The notes beneath the pieces were generated by a model. The model saw only the letters and a program-made list of their open reading frames with translations. It ran no database searches and was not told where the DNA came from. This document shows, one piece after another, positions 36,025 to 44,954 of a stretch of DNA of 44,954 nucleotides. The DNA comes from Octopus bimaculoides (Eukaryota): NCBI RefSeq assembly GCF_001194135.2, contig NC_068988.1, positions 65,435,931-65,480,884 on the forward strand, read 5' to 3'. Position numbers and translations under genes: made by a program. Positions within the stretch are counted from its first letter, which is position 1. The number at the start of each line of letters is the position of its first letter.

Positions 36025-36538
36025 TATATATGAAGAGGTTGTATGGTGGTTGAGAATGAGGAGACTGAAAACAGACAGTTGTCTTTTCTTTTCAGCAAAG
36101 TTCACTTCGACATTTTCGATTTTCGGTGAGGGGGGTCGAAGGAGATACTGTAAAAATATGAATGAACGAGGCGAGAATGACTCGAGTGAATGAATGTAGC
36201 CTCTGCATGTACTCGTAAGCTGAAAAAGTACGGAGAAGAATTGAGTACGAGCCATTGTACTTCTGGTGACTGGGTATTTCGATGTCTGGAGTTACTTGGT
36301 CGCCCCTTGATGGTATTTCCCACTTATATAAGATATTTGTTGAAATAATTTCCTTGTCAATTATTATTCTTTTTGTTGTTTACACGTGTTATGTAGATCT
36401 TTGTATTGTTCTAAATATTTTTTGCGCCTCTAGTGCGCAACATGGTGACCTTATAGCAAGATAAACAGAGGTTCACCTTGCAGGTGGGGACCCAGTTAGA
36501 TTTTCCTGCAGGTCAAATAGCCCATCCCGCTCAAATGG

Positions 36539-36583
<45 letters not shown>

Positions 36584-37662
36584 CTTGTTCTTCTTCTTCT
36601 TCTTCTTCTTCTTCTTCTTCTTCTTCTTCTTCTTCTTCTTCTTCTTCTTCTTCTTCTTCTTCTTCNNNNNNNNNNNNNNNNNNNNNNNNNNNNNNNNNNN
36701 NNNNNNNNNNNNNNNNNNNNNNNNNNNNNNNNNNNNNNNNNNNNNNNNNNNNNNNNNNNNNNNNNNNNNNNNNNNNNNNNNNNNNNNNNNNNNNNNNNNN
36801 NNNNNNNNNNNNNNNNNNNNNNNNNNNNNNNNNNNNNNNNNNNNNNNNNNNNNNNNNNNNNNNNNNNNNNNNNNNNNNNNNNNNNNNNNNNNNNNNNNNN
36901 NNNNNNNNNNNNNNNNNNNNNNNNNNNNNNNNNNNNNNNNNNNNNNNNNNNNNNNNNNNNNNNNNNNNNNNNNNNNNNNNNNNNNNNNNNNNNNNNNNNN
37001 NNNNNNNNNNNNNNNNNNNNNNNNNNNNNNNNNNNNNNNNNNNNNNNNNNNNNNNNNNNNNNNNNNNNNNNNNNNNNNNNNNNNNNNNNNNNNNNNNNNN
37101 NNNNNNNNNNNNNNNNNNNNNNNNNNNNNNNNNNNNNNNNNNNNNNNNNNNNNNNNNNNNNNNNNNNNNNNNNNNNNNNNNNNNNNNNNNNNNNNNNNNN
37201 NNNNNNNNNNNNNNNNNNNNNNNNNNNNNNNNNNNNNNNNNNNNNNNNNNNNNNNNNNNNNNNNNNNNNNNNNNNNNNNNNNNNNNNNNNNNNNNNNNNN
37301 NNNNNNNNNNNNNNNNNNNNNNNNNNNNNNNNNNNNNNNNNNNNNNNNNNNNNNNNNNNNNNNNNNNNNNNNNNNNNNNNNNNNNNNNNNNNNNNNNNNN
37401 NNNNNNNNNNNNNNNNNNNNNNNNNNNNNNNNNNNNNNNNNNNNNNNNNNNNNNNNNNNNNNNNNNNNNNNNNNNNNNNNNNNNNNNNNNNNNNNNNNNN
37501 NNNNNNNNNNNNNNNNNNNNNNNNNNNNNNNNNNNNNNNNNNNNNNNNNNNNNNNNNNNNNNNNNNNNNNNNNNNNNNNNNNNNNNNNNNNNNNNNNNNN
37601 NNNNNNNNNNNNNNNNNNNNNNNNNNNNNNNNNNNNNNNNNNNNNNNNNNNNNNNNNNNNNN

Positions 37663-37704
<42 letters not shown>

Positions 37705-37804
37705 GAGACGTAAGTTGGGCAAGTCGATTTACACAGAATGTTAAATACATTGAATAGAAAGAATGCACATGTGTATGGATCTAAAATAGTCCGACTTATA
37801 GAAT

Positions 37805-37915
37805 ATCTACAGCTGAATGAACTGGAGCAACGTGAAATAAAATGTCTTGATCAAGAACACAACACAGCCCAGCCCAGAAATCGGACTCACCATATCAAGA
37901 TTGTGAGTCCGATGT
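37805..37915 (-). mobile_element. SINE family E head fragment
   Basis: GAACTGGAGCAACGTGAAATAAAATGTCTTGATCAAGAACACAACACAGCCCAGCCCAGAAATCGGACTCACC. The minus strand carries a decayed B box. Family recognised from memory. Confidence 0.5.
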
Positions 37916-37927
37916 GAAAATATAGTA

Positions 37928-38153
37928 ATATTGGTTTCAAATTTTGGCTTAAGGCCAGCAATGTTTGGGAGGGGGTAAGTCGATTAAATCGATCCCAGTC
38001 CTCAACTTGTAATTTTATCGACCTGGTAATTTTATCGAAGGATGAAAAGCAAAGTCGACCACGGCAGAATTTGAACCCAAAACGTGAAGACGAACAAAAC
38101 GTCGTTAAGCATTTTGCTTGACGTGGTAACGATTCTGCCAGCTCGCTGGCTTA
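37928..38153 (-). mobile_element. SINE family C/D, near complete
   Basis: TTGGTTTCAAATTTTGGCTTAAGGCCAGC...GTCGACCACGGCAGAATTTGAACCCAAAACG...GATTCTGCCAGCTCGCTGGCTT. Confidence 0.8.
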
Positions 38154-38764
38154 AAAAATATTGTAGTATTGAAAAATGACGAAAGCAGTCATATAGAATA
38201 AGGGACGATGATGATGATGACGAAGAGCAGAAAGAAGGGGAGAAAAGCTGATGATGGGAAGAAGAAGAAAAAGAAGAAAAGAAAAGGAATGGAAGAGGAT
38301 GGAGAAAAAATTCAAGGAATCAGTTGGAGTTGTAAATGATATTGTGAGTCAATCACAGAGATTTGATCAATTTTCTGACACTCTATACGAAAAACATTTA
38401 AAATGATAATGAAATTGTGAGGATGGAAATAACAACTGCTAGAGGGCTCTAGAGATTACTCACAGATTCCCTTATTGTTTGAGGACACTGGAACTATTTT
38501 ATAAAACTGAGCCTAAGGGGAAAATTCTTCACTTTTGAATAATAGTTGAAGTTATCTGTTCCTCGTGTCTCCAGATTTTCCGATTACGAACAACTGTGAA
38601 GGCTAAGGAATGGAATGCAAATAAAATCGTTTTTAATTATAGAAAAGAATATTTTGTACGTTAACCTTTTCAATCATTGGACCTTGTGTGTAGTTGTGTA
38701 TCAAAGTCTGTGGTATATTGGAAAATATCTGTGTGTAAGTGCGTGTGTGTGTATATGTATGTGT

Positions 38765-38824
<60 letters not shown>

Positions 38825-38935
38825 ATAGGATAACGTAGCGTGTGTTGAAATATGTAGGATGTTTATGATTTATGTTTTAGAGAATGTGATGAGTGCACAA
38901 CTATGTGCTGTAGACTGCCTGACAGAGATTGTGTA

Positions 38936-39200
38936 CACCAGGGTGGACTGAATAGTTCATAGGCTAACTATTAAGGATTGATGTTAGAGCTGTGGAATCT
39001 TGTATGCATTAATTTCAACACTTCTTATTATAACTGCATTAAACTGACATCGGACTGCTCAAAGAAGACTTCAAAAGTAACTCATAGCGACTTCTCTAGA
39101 AAATGGACAGAATTTGGCATCGTTGTGTTATCAAGTATCTGCAGAAAAAGGATTTAGCTCCACCAACGATATTTATGCTGACATGGTTGATACATTAGGG
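38936..39200 (+). mobile_element. 5' end of a second mariner family (TIR plus start of transposase), truncated by a hAT insertion
   Basis: TA|CACCAGGGTGGACTGAATAGTTCATAGGCT terminus. ATG at 39103 gives MDRIWHRCVIKYLQKKDLAP-(frameshift)-DIYADMVDTLG, a mariner N-terminal HTH start. Confidence 0.7.
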
Positions 39201-40880
39201 CAGTGGTTCTCAACTCAACCGGGGGCGATAATCAAATTTGGGGGCGGGACGATGAATGCAGTTTTCGATCGACGACTGTACTCACAACAAGCAATCACGC
39301 ATCCAGTGTATCACGACAACAAGGGCTCTTCTGAATAACTGTGGTCAAGCCGTAAAACCAACTCTCTTTTCTTAATTCAAATACAGTAACTATGCACCTC
39401 AATAAGTGCGTTATCTTCCAAGATTTAGTTCATCAAATTATAATGACTCATTCATCACTGAATTTCTTACCCTTGGTTCTATGACACTAGCCACCGGGCT
39501 GCGTGATTCATTGAATACACGGCACGCGCCTGAATTTGATGCTCTCTCTCTTAACCGTCGGACACAGATATAATAGTCAGTTTTGTGTTTACTAATTTAC
39601 ATTTGTTCTCACCCACTTTTTATGGCAGGCTCAGCGAAAAAGTGTCGAGTGTATATCGATGAGCACTTACAATACGGTTTTATCAAGAACTCTACAGACA
39701 TAAAGCAGCTTTTTGTCTCTATACAATCTTTGTCCAATTAAGCCATGAAGTCCTCTCGACTCTCTGACCACATGAGAAGAAAGCACTCCGAAAAAGTCGG
39801 TAAGCCTATCAAATATTTTGAGAGATTGAAAACTGATTTTGAAAATTGGAGTGCTGTTAAATCATTATTTAAGAAACAGTCAAAAATTAATGACAGTGGA
39901 CTGATTGCTTCATATAAAATTGCAGAAATTATTGCAAAAACAAGTAGTGCACATACGGTAGCTGAAAAGATTATTGTTCCTGCAGTAGAAGCAGTAATAT
40001 CAGAAGTTATGAATCAAAATCCTTCATCTATCATTACAGCTCTACCTTTGAGTAATGATTCTATCCGTAGAAGAATTGATGAAATTTCAGGTCATATCGA
40101 AGACGTACTAATTCAAAGATTAAAAACAACAAATTTTTCTATTCAAATTGACGAAAGCACAGTTATTGACAATAAGGCCCTTTTAATGAGGTATGTACGA
40201 TATTTTGATGGAAACTGTGCATAACAAGAAGATTTATTATTTGTAAAACTGTTGGAGACTGAAACAATGGGCGCTTCTATATTTTCTGCACTGAAAACGT
40301 TTTTTGAAGAAAAAGAAATTCCATATTATGAAAATTTAGTTTCATGAGCTACTGATGGTGCAACGTCTATAGTTAGAAGACACAAAGGATATATCTCTCA
40401 TTAAAAAAGTTGCGCCATCAAATTCTAGTTACACACTGTGTGCTACACAGGCATAACCTCGTGGACAAATATATAAGCCCTATTCTAAATCAGTCGTTGA
40501 ACACTGTTATAAAAACAATAAACAAAATTAAATCTAACAGTATATATAAGCGTATTTTCCGAAAATTTTGTGTCGATGCTGACGAACAATACACAAAGAC
40601 TACTTTTGCAACTGCTTGGAAAGATTTGTAAACTTAATACAATAGTTGTATTCTTATAAACAGAAGGGCACTCAGACTTAGCCACCGAAATTCAAGCTCA
40701 AAAGAAGAACATATACTATCTTAGTTGGATTTTTCGTAAGCTGAACGAGGTTTCTCTTCTGCTGCAGGGAAAATGATAACGTTTATAGACTGTAAACGGG
40801 TGATGAGAGCTTTTGTTGAAAAACTCAATCATTTTCAAGTTAATTCAAAACTAAGACAGTTTCATAATATGCCCGAACGT
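39201..40880 (+). mobile_element. hAT Charlie/Buster transposon with ZBED5/SCAND3-like transposase pseudogene, 3'-truncated
   Basis: Left TIR CAGTGGTTCTCAAC preceded by CATTAGGG (NNNTANNN). ATG at 39622 (MAGSAKKCRVY...YGF). Motifs MKSSRLSDHM..KH, LPLSNDSIRRRIDEIS, FSIQIDEST, TDGA and HCVLHRHNL. Multiple stops, and no right TIR seen. Confidence 0.9.
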
Positions 40881-41369
40881 GCATTAGAGAGACATTGTGG
40901 GGGTGATGGCTATATCTTAGACAAAAAAATGTGGTGTGTGTGTGCATGTGTGTTTTGCGTGTGCATTTATTGCACAGTGTGGTTGGAAGGTATATATGTA
41001 AGACAGTATAGTTGTGTGTATGAGATACCATTTGGAGTGTGCGGTTGTGTGTCAGTGAGTATAGAGTCTTCAGTGTTATGTCAGAGATTTTCTGTGTAAA
41101 GTCGTGTATCGGAAAATATATTTGTGTGATATTGCATTGGTGAATTTATTTATCGTTATAAGTTGGTTAATATGGGGTGCGTGTCAGTGTGTTTAAAGCA
41201 GTTAATGCGAGTATTTTACTGTTACTTATATATTTGACCCAGTGGGGCGAAGGAAAAAATTGACTCTAATTGGAGTTGATATGTAAAATATTTTATTCAA
41301 CACTACCGCTACTATCACCCACTGTCTCAGCTACGTCCTATGATGAATACATTGCTGTCGTTGCTCATC

Positions 41370-41840
41370 CTCGAAAATAAAGATGCGAAGAAATGCGAAG
41401 ATCCTATGGGATTTCATGATTCAGTGCGACCATGAGATAGAGAATAGGAAGCCAGACATAGTCTTAATTGAGAAAACAAACTATGCTGGATCATAGATAT
41501 AGCATGCCCAGCTGACAACACGGTATGTGATAAGGAAGAAAGAAAAGTCGAGAGATATGACAGGTTAGCTTGGGAAGTTAAGCAGTTGTGGTCGATGAAA
41601 AAGGTAGCAGTAGTACCAATAATTGTCGGAGCCCTGGGAACGGTGAGCAAAAATCTCGAGAAGTACGTGGAACAAATAGGGGCTACAATAAGGATGGAGC
41701 AATTGCAGAAAACAGCATTGCTTGGAACCGCTCGAATACTCTGGAAGGTGCTCGAAAAATAAGAGGTGTTACCTTAGTTCACTGGTAGTGAACAGCTGAC
41801 ACTGTAGTACATCTGCAGCGTTAGAAGCTGTGCAAAGGCA
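41370..41840 (+). pseudogene. 3' end of a third R4/Dong-like RLE retrotransposon family, with (TAC)n/(ATT)n tail
   Basis: AKILWDFMIQCDHEIENRKPDIVLIEK-(frameshift)-CWIIDIACPADN...ERYDRLAWEVKQLWSMKKVAVVPIIVGALGTVSK...LQKTALLGTARILWKVLEK* (stop at 41760-41762). A ~80-nt 3' UTR leads into (TAC)n at ~41842-41888. Confidence 0.88.
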
Positions 41841-41841
41841 A

Positions 41842-41888
<47 letters not shown>

Positions 41889-42761
41889 ATTATTATTATT
41901 ATCATTATTATTTAAATTGCAGACATATTGTTGACAAATTGCAGACAAATTGCATAAATAGATAGTGATGTGGTAAGGCGTTTTTCTGAGTCTCTAAATG
42001 TATACACATCCTACCAGAATCCATTTTCCAAAAGGATTTTCATTAAGTCCTATATACGATATAATATTTTTTTCACAGTCATTGGCAAGAAAGGCCTTAC
42101 CTCAATAAACAAGGTGCCCACACTTGTATCTCTGTTTAAGTTACCTACTACTGCATTGCTTTCTCTTATCCTTCAAAACATTCTGGAGGTACAACTTTTA
42201 CAGATGTTGTCTAGGTGGTCTAAATATTGAGACTTGTGTGACTGCTCAACAAATGGGAGATGGAACAGTGACTTGATCTAAATGGATAGCCTTGACAGAA
42301 TTCCCATTAAGCTAGATTTGAAGTCACATTAGCTTTCTCATGCACACGCATATATATTCACAAAAAGATATATATTTATAAAAGGCACATATTTTTATAA
42401 AACGTGTAAGTAAAATGCTCGTACATATAGACCGAAGTAGACAAACACAGAAAGAAAAATATGGACGAAAATATATAAATGGTAATATTCAATGATTTCC
42501 TTTCTTTTTAATGTCACATATGAATGTCTAAGGGAGATAGAGAGGGAAAGAGAGGAAAAGACACAAACCAGGTCAGATTAGTTAGTTATTACTATGAGAG
42601 AAATCACGTGGGTCTTGTCTATTGTATAAAGCCTAGCATGCAATGGCGTATTGTGTTATGGAGTCGTTGTATATGAAGAGGGCGTTTCAAATATAAATAA
42701 CCAATGACAGTTGATTGTATTCAACAATCAATAGTGAACACACGCACACACACCCCACATA

Positions 42762-42806
<45 letters not shown>

Positions 42807-43164
42807 TACACAAAATGGCTTCACTACAGACACTTCAAATCTCTTTCTTTGTGTCCATTTAGTCTCATCACCTAAGTTCCTATTGTACAATATAAATACT
42901 AAAGCATTTTTATTTGTGTACATAGTGTGTATACGTGTTTGTGTGTGTGTGTATAAGAGTGTATGTTTGTTTATGATTATTGAATAGCATTTCTGCTAAT
43001 AGTCGTCCGTATGCATATGTGTGACAAAGAAAACAATGACACATTAACACCCATATATACTCACCTACACGCACATTAAATGTGTTTATATTTCCATGTA
43101 TGTTCGCATGCACACACACACAGACACGAACATAAGAGTTCTTGCATGAATGCTCGTGTGTGTG

Positions 43165-43197
<33 letters not shown>

Positions 43198-43489
43198 GCG
43201 TGTGCGTGTGTGCATGTGTACTGCAATGAGCGTGAACGGTGTAGTGAACATCTGGTGTATGTATTCTGGATCAAGTGATTGACAAAAGTTTTCTGCTTAC
43301 TACAGACACAATAATTAGACTGCTTAAGGTGTAGGCAGATATTGTTGTTACTCTGTTGGAGGTGTGGGCATACATATATACAAGCACACATACATGCATA
43401 CATACATTACATTACATACATACATACATACATTACATACATACAGACATACATACATACATTACATACATACATACATACATACGTAC

Positions 43490-43537
<48 letters not shown>

Positions 43538-44781
43538 AATGATGCTATTACAGTTTGTCTTGGCATTAGTGCTTGGCTGTTTGCCTGTCGTCTGGCTACA
43601 AGAATTACGGCAACAGATGGCAAGCAATAAGAATACCATTGTAGTAAGAAAGACGTTATACAAGGCGGTAGATAAACAAAACTACTGAAAACTAACATAG
43701 ACGGAAAAAATATGGTACGTGATGAAAGAACTAAATACAGAGAAAGAAGTATATGATGGCTTGCTTTGTATCCATTTTAGCTCTTCATTAGGCAGTTTCT
43801 TTCGACGTGTTTAACGAATACACGGTTTCTTTTGTTTAATGTGATTGTTTCAAAATTATGATTTTTTTTCACTTCTGTAATTGTCCCTTCTGTGATTTGA
43901 ACAGTAATTCGTAAGAAAGTGGTGGAAAATATCCTTTGTATTTCTTAATGGTGAACTCCGCTCCTCTGCAAGTTTATGGCGAGAGTTACGCGTAAATTTG
44001 CTTTAAATTAATTAGCAAAAGTGTTTTGTTATTTAGGGAGTCAAGATACTTGACAAGGTGTGGCTGTGTGATAAGAAGTTTGTTTCCGAATCTCATTATT
44101 CAAGGTTTAGTCCAACTGTGTGGCCGCAGTGTGTTTAACAGAACAACACTTTGCTAAATGCACTATGAAAGTCCCTGTTGTGAGACTCCATTTGTACAGT
44201 TTTCACTTTTTCGTTAAATATTGTCTACAATAATCTAGCGTTAAGTATTTTATCAAATTCCAAGTAGCCTGCCATAAAGTTTGCTACAAAGAAGCTATTT
44301 AGCGCGAAAATAAAAAGAAAAAACAACTAAAAACTACTAATGTTCTGTTACGCGTGCGTCTATTCACATGATCCATTACACCCAAAGGAATACATGCACA
44401 TACGTAGGCATAAAATCAGTCAGGATTTAAGAAATTAGCCTTCTCTTAAAACTGACGCTTAATTTAAAATATATTGCAAAATATACTAGCAATAAAATGT
44501 CCACGTCAGAATGATTTTTAAGTATTTTTAAGTAAGATTATCATGGGAGTTTGAGAATACAAAATACGATAGGAATGTTCGCCTTTGGCTAAAGAAGGTG
44601 GTAAATTCAATATTGTACAAATAGAAATGTCAAGCTGAAAACATCAGATATTTATAATATTTGCATCAGTTCACTGGAGTGATGTGTAGAGTTACGTGGA
44701 GTGTATGTGTGTTGTACACACACACGCGCACACATGTATATGGGCTCATATATATATATATATATAATATACATACGCACA

Positions 44782-44905
44782 GGCGCAGGTGTGGCTGTAT
44801 GGTAAGAAGTTTGCTTCTCAACAACATGGTTCTGAGTTCAGTCCCAATGCGTGGTACTTAGGCAAGTGTCTTCTACTATAGCCTCGTGCCGACCAAAGCC
44901 TGTCG
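44782..44905 (+). mobile_element. SINE family B head running into its internal microsatellite at the window edge
   Basis: GGTGTGGCTGTATGGTAAGAAGTTTGCTTCTCAAC...GAGTTCAGTCCCAATGCG...CCGACCAAAGCC|TGTCGTATATA. About 38 bp are missing relative to the 16230 copy, apparently deleted between two AAGCC-like repeats. Confidence 0.8.
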
Positions 44906-44954
44906 TATATATGTATGTATGTATGTATGTATATATATATATATATATATATAT

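Larger units (their letters stand above)
1677..37662. other. Assembly gaps (N runs), nearly all flanked by microsatellites
   Basis: Larger gaps at about 1677-2664, 7684-8009, 10998-11126, 12706-12948, 19398-19609, 20053-20494, 22496-22678, 24201-24598, 32875-33066, 34284-34830 and 36666-37662. Confidence 0.97.

Noticed and set aside
7600-37768. Long ORFs in the supplied track (for example 36473-37768, 23791-24882, 33848-34849, 7626-8438)
   Set aside because: They run through N gaps and di/trinucleotide repeats (YIYI, CVCV, ERER, SLSL) and have no coding signal.
42195-43700. Candidate exon 2 acceptors (TTTTACAG at ~42201, TTACAG at ~43552)
   Set aside because: In the phase-1 frame required by exon 1 they give an early stop or a peptide (VCLGISAWLFACR...) unlike the NPR continuation.

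Overview
AT-rich, microsatellite-saturated eukaryotic draft-assembly DNA with many N gaps. The repeat families resemble those I recall from coleoid cephalopods, most likely Octopus; this is an inference, not a database result. Only one host coding feature is supportable. It is the 760-nt first coding exon (25356-26115, +) of a natriuretic-peptide-receptor / receptor guanylyl cyclase family gene, and no second exon is recognisable, so the rest of the window (>18.8 kb) is probably intron 1. Everything else is mobile DNA and simple repeats. Retroelements: at least four tRNA-derived SINE families (labelled A, B, C/D, E here), remnants of R4/Dong-like restriction-endonuclease (RLE) retrotransposons, two Penelope-like GIY-YIG elements and a decayed LINE RT. 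DNA elements: a near full-length mariner, a second mariner interrupted by a Charlie/Buster hAT, a probable Sola-like transposase and several MITEs. The most interesting non-obvious items are a minimal type I hammerhead ribozyme motif with a palindromic helix III (8829-8877, minus strand, one core substitution), Dong-like 3' ends each tied to a different microsatellite, a ~205-bp foldback hairpin in the presumed intron, and several nested insertions whose order can be read. Most long entries in the supplied ORF track are artefacts of N gaps and microsatellites.
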